64,000 nucleotides of DNA from contig MU058781.1 of NCBI GenBank assembly GCA_013265495.1, positions 6,724,522 to 6,788,521 of the forward strand, given 5' to 3'. Shown in pieces: positions 11,756-24,490 of this stretch. The position numbers and the translations under genes are program-made. Within the stretch, counting starts at the first letter, position 1; each line of letters opens with the position of its first letter. The notes under the pieces are model-generated. The model did no database searches, was not told the DNA's origin, and was given only the letters and a program-made list of their open reading frames with translations. The stretch comes from Vicugna vicugna. Taxonomy: Eukaryota.

Positions 11756-13298
11756 AAAATATGAAGTACTTGGCTCACATCACCATGTTACTAGCACCAT
11801 TTGAGACAATGACGATGTTCCCCTGAAAAACTCTACACTTTGAGGTTTGTCTGAAGACCAATCACACTATATATGCAGCGTTGTCTTTTTACAAATGCTT
11901 TTTAAGGGAAAATTTCAAAAACATGCAAATGGAAAAGGACTAGCATAACAGAGCATCACATAACATCACACCACCTCCTGTCTTAGAACATTAACACAAC
12001 AAACCCAACCTCCACAAGTATCAGTGCGTGGCCAGTCTTGTGCAGATGAGGAAAACCCGATGCTCCTGAGATAAGGCTACTGGAGGATTTCATGAGTTCT
12101 ATTAATGTCCGAATCAAGGTGGATTCACATTCCATTTGGGGAGACAAACTAGTAGGTTATCCACATCCACAGGGCTCACCTAGGTTTTGCACAGTCCTGA
12201 AACTAGCAGGCGCCTCTTTCCCCAGGGACCTCAGCCCTCTTGTATCCAGAAGAAAGCCCGTGAGCACCAGAAACAGATGTTCAACAGCCCCAGGACGTCA
12301 GCCACGCCTCCACTCCCACGGCATTCATTCTGGGGCTGCTGCACTCCCTCCCGTCTGACCTGCTCCATTATCCAGTTTTCCTGCAGCCAGTAGACAGGAC
12401 AGCCAACACGCGAGGCTCTGAAGGGCGGTGAGAGAAGGACGGGTCTCCGTGACAAGAGATGGAAGCTGAGAGCAACTCAAGCTCCTCTCACCACACGGAA
12501 AATAACAGATGCGCATAATCACATCCCGTTACCTCTGGCCTCTGCTTAAGACAGAGGGGAAAACAGGGCAACGTGGTTATGGTCTGGTTTTAGAAGGAAT
12601 AGGTGCCAGTTACCTGGGAAATTTACTCACATTAAAATACTTACAAGTGAGAAAATCTGAGCAGCAGGTAGAGCTGAAAAAAATTTTATCAGAATAGGAA
12701 ATGTTTTAGATAAGGGTTATAGTTAATTTTCAGTTATTCAGAATTGAGCTTCTCTGGTGTTTGTCTAGTATTTTGAAAAGATGTAATTAGATGTTTTCAT
12801 TTCAGTCTCCATGTCTTTTCTATGTTCCAGGCCAAGAGAACATAGAACAGCAACCAACAGAAGAAAACATATTCCTGACAAGGCCGCAGATAAAATCTAT
12901 CTACTGTGTCCAAATCAGCAGGCCTTGTACTCGTCATAAAACATGTCTTTAAAAAAAAAAAAAGGATAAATCAGTGTCCTTGGCATCTTCATTTTCACTT
13001 CCCCTCATTCCCAAGGAAGAAAGGAGGGAGGGAGAGAGGAGGGGAGGGAAGGGGTAGAAGAAGGTAGAAAAACTTTGTTTTACAATCATTAGGAAGATCA
13101 ATCATTTCCTTTAGTGTTTTTATGCACGAAATCTTTTTCTGCCTGGAGACATTGACGAAAAATTTTGGTTTGGGCCCTTTTTGTTACTCTCCAACTTTCG
13201 CAGAATATAATTCCAAGGGCAGTAATCTCCTTTAAAAGCTGAGACCTTATTCTTTTCGTCAGTTTAACAAAACTCATCCTTTGCCCTACTCTCCTTCA

Positions 13299-13302
<4 letters not shown>

Positions 13303-13331
<29 letters not shown>
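13303..13331 (+). repeat. (CA)14 microsatellite
   Basis: Read directly from the sequence. Confidence 0.95.
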
Positions 13332-13336
<5 letters not shown>

Positions 13337-14574
13337 GCCTGCATATTCTAAATATAAAGGGAACTGAAAATAAGTTTGCCTTTAAAAGGTCACATCCTCC
13401 CGCAAGATAAACGGACGTATCTTAAGGTGCTAGAAGATTCTCCACGGCAATCTTGAGATCTAGTAAATGGAGCCAATGTGAACAACAGAAAATATAAGAA
13501 TGATGTCTTTCCCAAGAGTATTCAGAGGAGAATTTTTACTGTGAGACACACTAAGGGAGGGGAGGCGGAAATAATCCAACATGTTTTTGAACTCTTGTCT
13601 CTCCTAGTCCCCACGTAGATGTTCACAAAGCACGACAGAGTATGAAAGCCTCTGAGAAGTCTGGCAGCTAAGAAACTGATTTAAATTTATTTTACTGCAG
13701 AATTATTTTTCCCTGTGTGGCAGCCATTAACATCAGTTCAAGGGAACACATTTCAAGGAAAGCTGAACAAATCTCAACTAACAAAAACCAGCTAATATAG
13801 AAAAACATACTTATACATTCTACTTTATGAAAGAGGAAAAACCTACTCTCTCACTCAGAGACCTGCAATGACACCTGTAACCCCTTAAACAATCTTTACA
13901 GAAAAGTTTTCTAAATTTGAAAATAAATGCAACCAGCTGGGCTTTTTGTCAGAGCTTCTGGTCATTTCCACAGGGGTATTTCAAACTAAACAATGGGAGT
14001 GCCCCTTAATTGACTCCCTGGGTAAGAGGCACAATGGAACAGAACATCTGCCAATTACTGATGAGAAACAAGGTGGGGAGGGGAGGGGAGCGGAAGGGAG
14101 GAGAATGCCCTTGGAAGCCGAGTGCAGGAAGAAGAAAAAGCCTCAGTATCTTCCTGTGCTCTGAAAACTAGCCTGGTCCTAGCTGAAACATCTGGGTTTC
14201 CAACTGGCTCCTGAACTATCTAGAGCTTTAAAAAAAAAATAAAATAAGAGAGAGAGATCAGCCCTTAAAAGGAGTGTGGTGCTCACAGGGAAGGGCTCAC
14301 CCACAAGATTGTGCAGAAACTTGGCTATGATTCCAGATCTAGGAGAATCAGGTCAAGAGCTAACAACTCCTAGAGAAGGCAGCAAGTACATTCTCTAGAA
14401 GGTCCCCAGAAATAAGGACATTCAGTACTCCCGCCAGTGAAAGCAAGCCACTTGGAATTTCCCAGCACAGACTCAAGGAATTTGGCCAAAAAGGGGTCAA
14501 TCCCACGGCAAGCTGACTTGCTGAATGTGGGTTCCAGACTGTTTTCCAAAGAAACAGCAAAGAAACAAACCCAG

Positions 14575-15075
14575 AGAATGGAAAATAAACAAATAAATGG
14601 TGGCAACTGATATAACGCAATCCTTTACAGCACACACGAGCCACAGTTACCACACATCAATGTGGATAAATCTCAAAAACATAAATGCTGAAAGAAAGGA
14701 GTCCCAGATAATATATTCAGTATGATTCCACGTCTATGAAGTTCCATAAGAAGGGCAAAACTAAACAAAATATTGTTTGGGGATACATAGCTAAATGCAA
14801 AACTGAAGAAAGAAAGGAAAAAAGGAACAGAAAAAAGAAAGAAAGGAAGGAAGGAAGGAAGGAAGAGAAAAGCTAAATAATAATGAACACAAAAATCAGG
14901 AATGTGAGGTTATTTTAATAGAAAGCAATACTTTCTGTCTGCTCTTTTTTTCTTAAGCGCAGGTAATCTGTTTCTTCAGCTGAATGGAAAATATTGGGTG
15001 TTCATTTGTATTATTAGTGTTTATGTATATCTTATACACTTTAAATATGCGGTATATTTCAAAATTTGAAAAATA
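14575..15075 (+). mobile_element. L1ME-like 3' end with an internal (GAAA/GGAA)n simple repeat
   Basis: atgtggataaatctcaaaaacataaatgctgaaagaaagg...cagtatgattcca...ggcaaaactaaac; purine repeat at about 14806-14870. Confidence 0.7.
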
Positions 15076-16839
15076 ACCAGTGATTCTCCTTAAGTCTGGA
15101 AAAAAAACAAATTAAAAAAAATGGAGTAGGTGAGTCAGGAGACTTCTACTGGGGGCTCATCAACCAAGGCAAGGTCAAGAATGCCCCTGGAATTCAATCA
15201 GTCTTTGCAATTAAAACAGGAAATTCCATGACATCTTCCCTGTTCCAGAGATTTGGAGGCTGCCAGGCATGAGTCCCTGGGGTTTTTTGGTAGTTGGCAG
15301 TCTAGATTTTTTCATGTTTGTGTAAAGACAATACGTGGTGATTAGGAGTGATCCTCCTTACATAATTACTGCATTCATGTACACAAATTTCCAAGTGAAC
15401 CACTCTGACAAACGACAAGAGACAGCAAGAAGGCAGCAGACCAAACCCTCCACCAGCTGCACCTGAAGGTTCACCTAAAAGCTCATTAAACCCTTCCCAA
15501 CGTCCCCAATTCTCCAGTCACCTTTCACCAACATCTCAGCTGGGAATGTGCTAGCAGTCTTCGTTTCTGATCTCAGATGGCAGTGAGGGCAACACTCTCA
15601 GAAACCTTCCCCTAAGATTCATCTAGCTTAGCAGCCTCAGGAGGGTAATAACCGGTATTTACACAGCAAGCTCGTTCAGGTCAGCCATGTCTCAATCCTG
15701 TAGTACCTTCTGCACCGACCTCAGTGTCTAATAGATGGCTGTGCTCAAAAATCCTTTACTTTAAAATAAGATTCTAGAATGTTAAAATTAATTCCATTTA
15801 AAACTTTTTTAAAAATCTCAGGAGCACTGAATAAACATCTGTTAAAACTGAAAGGAACCATCATGAGCAGAAATTACATTTCTAATTACATAATGTTTGA
15901 GATACCATTTATTACGATGCTTAGAAAAGTCACATCTGTAGGTTCCAGCAGGACTCGTATTTCATTTGGAATATTTTCTAGCCATTAATTACAATACTCA
16001 TTAGAGGGGCTTACAATAGACATTTTGGGGATTTTCTGCACAACTTCTAGTCTTGGACTTGAAATAGGTTATGCTATGGGCCCAGTTCAGTGTGTTAGTG
16101 TGCCTAGTTCTCCTTTTGTCAGATTTAAAAGTTTAAGTTTCTCCTTGGATTAATTGATAAAAGTACTTTTATAAATGAACACTGCAGATTTTTTTTTAGT
16201 TACTCGAGTAATAGGACTTGGCAGGTAAAATGAAAAGTCTATAAGCAATAAACACATTTCTACTGAGGACAGCCTCTCTTAAATAAAGCTCGCATTTAGG
16301 TTTTGCCCAAAGGAAAAAAAAAATTCTGTCTCCCTTAACAAACACAACAGAACAAGGACAAAGGGTTATAGGAAGGACAGCACTAAGATCTGAGAAGACG
16401 TGGATCAGAAAGATCAAGATGGAGAAAAAAGAAATTTAAAAGAAGACTATTAGGAAGCGAAATCTCCCATATGTAGATGGAAATATACTCAGCATAATAA
16501 TTATTATACTCCACAATTTTTTTCATGTACTTCTGGTTGTAGGTGGGTGTGAAATGAACACTTAGCTGGCTCAGAAGTGACAGCAAAAATGCCTATAAAA
16601 CCTGGATTAACTCATCTCCCCCACCCCTATGACGTACAATATCTAAGAAGACAGGAAATAGATTTGGATATGCTCTTTAAAAAATGTATTATATTTATAC
16701 ATGAACTTCGTATTCAAGTCAAATTAAATTCATCCCCTCCCTCTAAACGTGCTTTCCCAAAGGGAAAAAAAATCAATAAATATTTCAAATCCATCCATCA
16801 GACATCTGGGAGGAGACCAGTTAAGGTGGAGGGACTGAC

Positions 16840-17200
16840 AAGAGCAACAACACTGAGGGGCAAGTGCATGCTCGGGGATGAAGACGTTCAAACGTCTTGT
16901 TCAGGACATGCTCTGAAGACAGCACAGAGGGACTTGCTGTGACTGATGTGGGGTGTGTGAGTAAGAGAAGGATCGGTGAGAAAGCCAACATTTTACACCT
17001 GTACAAGAGGAAGACTGGAACCGCCTTTTACTAAAATGGGAAGACTGTGAGAAGAGTGAGTTTGGTGGGGAAATTGGAAGTTTCAAACACACTAACTTCG
17101 AGATGCCAATTAGACAAGTAAGTGGGGAAGGCAAGCAGGCGGTGTAGATACACAAGAGGTTGGAGTAAAGATGATGCGTAAAGCTATGTAGCTGGATGAG
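16840..17200 (-). mobile_element. L2 fragment (antisense)
   Basis: ttactaaaatgggaagactgtgagaagagtgagtttggtgggga...ttcgagatgccaattagacaagtaagtgggga...caagcaggcggtgtagatac. Confidence 0.75.
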
Positions 17201-18147
17201 GTATTCTACCTTGTGTGGATGGCTTCTCCATCACTTTCGAAAGAGTCTAGTGGGCGTTTCACAACAGAAAGCGAAAGATTCCCCGTGCACTGAACTCAAG
17301 AGAGCGCATAAAAAACACATCCCTGTGAGCAGGGGCGGATCATCAACAGTGTCTGCATCTGTTCCCACTGCATTCAAGCAAAGTTCATCATCTAGACGCT
17401 TAATTAAGAAACAGGTTCGATTAACTGCAGCCATTCTCGGAGGGTGACCATGAGAATAATGACAAAGGTAAACAGTGTTATCTCTTAGAAGGGCTAAGGG
17501 ACACTTAATAAAGAGACATTTAGATGTCAGTCTGCCCCTGGAAATTACCTACAAATAGAAAGAAGAAGACGTGGCCAGTAGATCAGAAGGACATCTGTTT
17601 GGCAGTACACACAGTGACATTTACTAAAGATGTCAGTTATTTCTACCCTGCCCCTCACCCAACCCCTATGAGAACCTGCTGCGCCCCTGGCATGGGAAGA
17701 GCCAGCTGTATTTATGAGCCCTCGTATAAACGGCTCACCTTATAATGAAGATGTCAGAATAAGACATGTAATGGAAGTGGTCATTGTGCCCAAGTACCTA
17801 TTAATTGTGAAAAGAAAAACACTGTTTACCTTCTGTTACAATATAAGGCTGCCAAGAAATTCAGTTCTTATAAAGTTCCACAAGCTCCTAAATTTATGTA
17901 TTTCCTCGTGTATTTCTTAGAACACATTTAGATAGTTTTTCCGGTATTCAAAACAAAGTTTAGCTAGCTGCTTCTTGACTAGAAGTCATCCCCTATGCCA
18001 CACTCACTGACAAAGCAGAGGACCAATAAGGAGACATTCATGGATGTAAAAATCACTTTTAAGTGTGCAGTAACTGGAGAATGCTTAAGTAAGCAAGGCT
18101 ATATTCAGATGAACACCTTGTAGTGAGAGCTGAAAGTGGTACCTTAA

Positions 18148-18702
18148 AATGTAATCAGAACCCAGCAATTCCACTTCAGGGTACGCACCCAAAAGAACCA
18201 AACCAAGGACCCAACAGACCTTTGTATATCCACATGCACATCAGCATTATCGGCAATAGCCAAAACATGGAAGCAACCCAAATGTCCATCAACAGATGAA
18301 TGCATAGACAAAATGAGGTGGATACACACAATGGAGTATTATTCAGCCTTAAAGAGGAAATTCTGATACATGCTAGACCATGGATGAAACTTAAAGACAT
18401 CATGCTAAGAGAAATAAACCAAAAACCAAAAAGACAAATACTGACAGACTGCACTTAAACATGAGGGACTTAAGAGTGCTCAAGTTCATACAGACAGAAA
18501 GCAGAATAGGGGTCCCTAGGGCCTGGGAGAGGGAGTAATGGGAATTTATGTTTAATGGGTACGAAGTTTCTATTTGGGACGATGAAGAAGTTCTGAAAAT
18601 GGTGATGGCTGCACAACGCTGTGAATGGACTGACACCACTGAATTGCACGCTGAAAATAGCTAACATGGTAAATTTTATGTTACATACATTTCACCTCAA
18701 AC
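18148..18702 (+). mobile_element. L1MB-like ORF2 end and 3' UTR
   Basis: cccagcaattccactt...ggaagcaacccaaatgtccatcaacagatgaatg...tttaatgggtacgaagtttctatttgggacgatgaagaagttctg...ggtaaattttatgttac. Confidence 0.9.
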
Positions 18703-19270
18703 AATCGAATCTGAGTAAATAGATCAGGTCCTACTTTCATAATCACTGGGTTCTGAGACAGATAAGAGAACAAGGTTTCTCCTAGAAGGAACAGGCCGGT
18801 GGTAACACAGGGGAGGCCAGCCCAGTCAAGAAGACTCTCGGTGGAAACCCACAGCCCCGACAGCACCAGAGCCCCCACCCCCAACGCCCCAGGGGCAGAC
18901 GCTGGTAAGTAGCAGCAACGCTCCCACTCTTCATCATCAGCCAGGTGGCACGTGGAAGTCAGACTTTCAAGAGAGAAGTCTCTCAGAATCATCCTACCAG
19001 GGACACTGGGTCAAAGCGCAGGCTGCGAGGAAATACTGTATATGAAAGCTGACAATCTCCTGCAGGAGCTGAGGCTGATATTTCCCAAGTTGATTTAAGC
19101 ATGAAAAGAAACCAGTGTCACGGAGGCAGTAAGCTAGGCCTGCTCGTCTCACCTTCATCAGGCCTTGCCCAGTCCAGCTGGATGAACCAAGACCGACAGC
19201 ACTCACGTAGGTATACGCTTCTCTGCAGCCTGAGTATTTTGTGTGAACATATTCTTGGAGCTTCTTTTCC

Positions 19271-19484
19271 CTTTTTTTTCAATTGAAATATAGTTGATGT
19301 ACACTCTTCTATAAGTTAGAAGTGTACAATATCATGATTCATAATTTTTAAAGGTTATATCCCATTTATAGCTATTATAAAATACTGGCTACATTCCCTC
19401 TGTTGTACAATATATCCTCATGGCTTATTTTATACATAATAGTTTGTACCTCTTAATCCCCTATCCCTATGTTACCCTCCCCTC
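19271..19484 (-). mobile_element. 5'-truncated L1 3' end (antisense)
   Basis: T-tail followed by aattgaaatatagttgatgtaca...tgttgtacaatatatcctcatggcttattttatacataatagtttgtacctcttaatcccc. Degenerate flanking duplication: tcttggagcttcttttcc / tcttgggagtttattctcc. Confidence 0.85.
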
Positions 19485-19822
19485 TCTTGGGAGTTTATTC
19501 TCCAAAATGTTTGAAGTACTCAAAGCCAGTCTTGTATGAAGTTCAAAGAAATCTTTTCACATCCGGTCAGAATAGACAACTGGAATCAGGACACTTAGGA
19601 AGCCTGGAGTGGTGGTGACAAGAGGTCCAGGTAGCTAAAAACCTGGGGGTTGGTGAAACGAATTAGAACCTGGCAATATCAGTCTGCTTGCTACATCAGA
19701 GGCCATCACCAAAAGGACACCTTGGGAAACAGAAGCCACAGTTAGTTCCACTTCACTGCTCAGAGTGCTACTTAGGGAGCAGAGGGAAAGATGACTGAGA
19801 GTTCATTTTATTCTGCTACACA

Positions 19823-19959
19823 CAGTCCTCCCTCAGCGTCCGTGGGGGACTGGTTCCAAGACACCCTACAGATACTCACATCTGCAGATGCTCAAGTCCC
19901 TTATATAAAATGGCGCAGGACAGTCAGGCCTCCGTGTCTGCATACTACAAGTTGACTGC
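19823..19959. mobile_element. MER2-like Tc1/mariner (Tigger) MITE, internally deleted
   Basis: cagtcctccctcagcgtccgtgggggactggttccaagacacc...gatgctcaagtcccttatataaaatggcgcag matches the recalled MER2 left end; the element ends ...gttgactg. Confidence 0.7.
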
Positions 19960-20091
19960 AAAGCAGTAAAAAGCCTCACTATAAACACTTTCTCTTTGCT
20001 GCTCTGTATCATGTTGCCCAAGACATCTTAATAATAGGGCAGTTCAAAGCAAGAAATTCTATCTCCCGCCTCCAAGTAAGGTCATGTGTGT

Positions 20092-20391
20092 TGAAGGGTA
20101 GCAGATTATGCCACCCCCAAAAATGTCTCTTTGGCATAAGGATTATTTTGAGAAACAGCAGATTCAAGAGAAGCTCAGAAACCAGAGAAGTCACCCTTTT
20201 GTTAAGGGACATCTACATTTATAAAGGAAATACCCATTGTAAGATTATCCCTCTTACCGTACCAGGAAGAGAAGGATGACTCTAAATCACAAGAAACTCT
20301 TACTGGAAAGGGCCTGGACTTAAATCTGTCTAGCAAACTTTACCCTTGTTTACACTGTTCTTTTCCCGGCAACTTCACTTAACGGCCCCAC

Positions 20392-20422
<31 letters not shown>

Positions 20423-20621
20423 CCCTTTCTTTTGTCTTTAGCTGAAGATAGTATTTAAGGTGGTGGCTTAGGCCACCTCAGGGAGTCATTCATCTTTCCT
20501 TGGGTCTTTCTCATGTATACATGTTAATAAACTTGTGCTTTTCTCTTATTAATCTTTCATTACAGGGGTCTCAGCCATGAACTTAAGAGGATAGAGGGAA
20601 AATTATTTTTTCTCCCCTACT
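20092..20621 (+). mobile_element. MER34-family (ERV1) solo LTR
   Basis: Starts tgaagggtagcagattatgccacccccaaaat...ggcataaggattattttgag, has AATAAA at about 20526, and ends gggaaaattattttttctcccctac. 4-bp TSD gtgt at 20088-20091 and 20622-20625. Internal (CA)n at about 20396-20422. Confidence 0.85.
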
Positions 20622-22974
20622 GTGTTAAGTGTCATCAGAAGCTAACCATCCAAAGAGTTATAATGTTTAAAAAAAGACATTAGCGAAAGAAGTCACATCA
20701 AATCCCAAACCCCAACTTCAGAGTAATTTGGGTCACATGAATATTTTAAAGGTGAATTTATAAGGGCCAGCGTATAATGGAAATGCTGAGGAAGAATTTA
20801 AGGTAAGACCACAGATACTATAAATAACCTAAAAGCTAAACACAAGATTACAAACAACTTGGTCGTGTGAGCATTCCAGAATGGGCTCGCGTCATAAGCA
20901 ATAACTCAAAAGAATTCCTCTAACAAACAGAGCAGCTCTTCAAGAAAAAGTTACAAGGCTCTCATAATTAATTTTCTAAATTATTAGCTGCTTTGTAGAG
21001 ATTAGAATAAAGTGTATTTTAGCCTAAAAACCATATTCCAGTCAGCTGGTGTTACCTTTCTGCTCTCCCTCTCCAGCAGGAATGAAGCCCCACACGTGCG
21101 TGTCTTAGCCAGCCTTCATGACTGCACGAATTCTGCAGCCACAATGGTCAACAGCACACACCTGAAGGGCCGCTGACGTGCAGGGAGACTCACTAACCCT
21201 TAAGTCAAAGAAAAGGAACTAAAAACGATAATCTGCCTGCAATGCTTAAAAAGATGATACCATTTGTGAAGTATATTATCCTTTTGTTCTTTGAAGGATA
21301 AAATGAATTAACAGGTACCCCAAACTTGGCCAGGTGCTAAGAGAACCAGAAACAGAGCAAAATCACCCCTTTCTTAGGAATGCACAATTTATTCTGAAAT
21401 TTTCATCAGTATACCTCAAATCATTACAGGGTATTTACTTAGGAATTAGATGGATGAAGGGTCAAATTAGCAGGAGCCACAAGAATTTACAAGGGAGGTC
21501 ACCAAGGCCTAATTCTAAGCGAGGCAGTAAACAATGAGGTGACAATTAAATTCCTCAGGTAAGAGGTCATTTTTTAGTATAACAAATTTATGAATTTCCA
21601 TAGAGATTGTAACTGCTTTAACTTCCTGGAGACATCATAATTGGAAAGGAACTTAACGGTGTTATCAGGAAAAACACCACTCAGAAACGATCTTGCCTTT
21701 CCTAAAGTGTCTGACTTCAGAGGTCACACAAAGGCTAATCGGTGTCCCTGCCAAACTGGCTGGGCAGGATGCTAGATGGACCAGAAGGACCTGGATCTGC
21801 CAAACTTTGCCACAACCTTCTCTAAAGCACAAGGACCAGGAGTTACATAACTCCCACGAGAGACCACGGGGCTGGGAAAGTGAAAGGGGCGATGGTGAGC
21901 TCACTGCTCAGACCACACCACTGCCTTAGAGTTTTGCAGCATTTCTAACCAGCTTGTCTGTTGGATCTCAGTGACAACCCAAGGCATTCACAGGGCCAAT
22001 ATTCCCATTTACACACTAGGGCTTAATCCAAAGGGGCTAAGTAAGGTGCCTCACATTTGATAGAATCAGACCTAGAAACTAGTTCTCTGGATTCTAAGTC
22101 CTGTACTTTCTCAACTAGCATATCTAAGAGAGGCCCTTCCTAAAGCATCAATGAAACTCACAAACATGCATGATACCTTGCCGCTCTCTCGTGGGAAAGC
22201 ACTGCATTCTTGAGGCTTTGTTTTTCATGGTTGGTATGAAGCCCATGTTATTTTTAAAACTGTAAGGGGTGAACTATGGAGAGTCTTTTCCATGATGAAG
22301 TGATAGTTCAGTGCCAAGGTTTTCTGGGTTGGTGGCTGGCTGACTGGTTTATTCTGAGGTCAAGAGAGTTAGATGATCATTTCATTCTTGACTTACTTTT
22401 GTTGCCTTAAACAAATTCTTTACTCTTCTTTCGGATTCTGAGGAGATCTTCCCCTTCTAAAGGATATCAAATACAATTTGTATTCATGAAATAGGATCCC
22501 TTGGGATCTTAATAGAAGTAATACGGTATAAAAGAATGATATTCCAACTCATAGGGCTATTGGGAACCTATTGAACACCTAGTGGTTAAGCACCATGACT
22601 GAAATAGGGACTCCATGTGACAAATATGCCCCTCTAAAAGCTCACATCTTGAGAAGATAAAATAAAAATAAGGGGCACAAAACACCGAATTCTCGAAACT
22701 TTGTTTTTATAGTGCCAGTTGTGTAAGACTGGACGACAGAGAACTGCAGAAAATTGTATGTGCTCATGAGAAGAGAAATACCAGAACCTCCAAAAAATTC
22801 TTTAAATGCTGTTTCTTCTGATGATAACAATAAAACTCAGTCTTTGTGGGGAAAAATACAGAAAAGTATAAAGATAAAATAAGAAGCCCTTCTAATCCCA
22901 TTACCCAGAAATAACTACTGTTAACATTATGGTGCATTATCCTCGTAGACTTTTTTCTATGCTTCTCTTTCCCA

Positions 22975-23160
22975 CAATGGTTCTCAAAATGTGGTCCCCA
23001 GACTAAGAACATCAGTATCTGAAAACCTGTTAGAAAAGCAAATTTCCAGGCTCCAACTCAGATCTACTACATAAGAAACTCTGCTGGTAGGACCCAGCAA
23101 TCTGTATCTTAACGAGACCTACACAAGATGCTGATGCGTGCCAAACTTTGAGAACGATTG
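22975..23160. mobile_element. MER5A hAT-Charlie MITE, full length
   Basis: TIRs caatggttctcaaa ... tttgagaacgattg, 186 bp, with the typical internal phrases. Confidence 0.9.
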
Positions 23161-23625
23161 ATGCACGCCCCCCCACACCCCTACACACCTTTCTCTCCCC
23201 ACAATGGGTCATGATGACTGTTTAATATTTTAAATCCATATTTGGCACCAAGCTTATATGTTGTAAGTTACCTAAATTTTGCATAAATACTCTACTGTAT
23301 GCCCAAGTGTCTTCTGCATGGGTGAAAAAATCATGAAATGGTTCATGTAACAAATGCAATTAAACATCAGAGTCAGCCAGACTATAAAACACTGATGGCT
23401 GAATAATAAACAAGTCAGTCAGCAATGTGCGGGCCTAACAAAACCCACTTTTAAAAATCCCTAAGTAGTTGCATAAGGTTTTTAGATCTTAAAAAAAAAA
23501 AGAAAGAAAGGAAGGAAAATCTGTACTAGCTTCTGTGTCCTGTCCGTGAATCTATTTTGGGGTTACTTAGAAACGTGCTTTTGCTTTCCAACATTCCAGC
23601 ACCAGAAAACAGTGCCCTGACTCAC

Positions 23626-23799
23626 CAATCTGCACACACCGGAACTGTCACCCAAACACTCTTGCTTGTTGTCACCTTGGTCCCACCATGCAGTCCATTA
23701 TGTCACAGATTCCAGAAGAAGCAATGCCAGCTCTGGGAGCCCGTCTACAGGCCAGGGCCCCTGAGTCAGATAACAGAGCGAGGGAGGAAGCAAGGAAGT
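23626..23799 (-). other. Candidate non-coding (5'UTR or poison) exon of the minus-strand host gene
   Basis: Acceptor tttccttctctttcattctcAG| and donor TTG|GTGAGT delimit 174 nt with stops in all three frames. The segment overlaps an AP-1/GATA/ETS motif cluster. Confidence 0.35.
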
Positions 23800-24384
23800 C
23801 TGAGAATGAAAGAGAAGGAAACCGGAGGAAGCAGCACCGATATCCCATGAAGATTTTGCTGAATTTCGCCCAATTACTCGTTGAGTTCTGGAACACATAC
23901 GTTTCGGAACTCTTTGCCAGCCCCAGGGGAACCACAGCAGAGTAAGGGAGGAGGGAAAAAGTCAGGCTGTTTAGGTGCTCATGATTATCAAAAAGCTTCA
24001 CTGGAAAAACAAAATCAATTCATGGTAAGAGAAGAGTATGTGCAACATACATTGTTACTTCATAGAGCAGGTAAGCTCTGTGGTCTTGGCCATGTTGTCG
24101 AACTTCTCTGGGCCTCAGTTTCCTCTTCTACCGGAGTGATATGACTGGAGAAGGTGAGCAAAAGATGGCAACAAAGAGAACCCAAAACAGTGCAAGTATA
24201 AAAAGATTTTGCAGCATCTGTAAAAGATTCATTAAACAGCACTCTCTCCCCTCAACAACAAAGAAGAGTACATTCCAACTGCATTCTCCTTTGTCAGAAA
24301 CTCACAAGTTGAGCTAGACATGGCACAGCAGGCACAGGATGAAAGGCATCGCAGAGAAACGTCAACATGCAACAGAGCCAGACT

Positions 24385-24490
24385 GCCCAGGCCCGGGGGC
24401 CAGGTTCCCCTCTTACCAGCTGGATGACTTGTGCAAATCACTTCCTCCCACCACTGAGCCTCAGTTTCCTCAGCTGTGTGAGGATTAAGT
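24385..24490 (+). mobile_element. MIR fragment
   Basis: cttaccagctggatgacttgtgcaaatcacttccctc...ctgagcctcagtttcctcagctgtgtgaggattaa. Further MIR pieces lie at about 24070-24140 and 24830-24950. Confidence 0.75.

Noticed and set aside
13020..14100. G-rich purine tracts able to form G4 or H-DNA (13026-13054, 14075-14098)
   Set aside because: Ordinary low-complexity purine repeats, common in mammalian introns.
14454..14463. Perfect NF-kB site GGAATTTCCC (also at 59789-59798)
   Set aside because: Isolated 10-mers without supporting clusters cannot be distinguished from chance.
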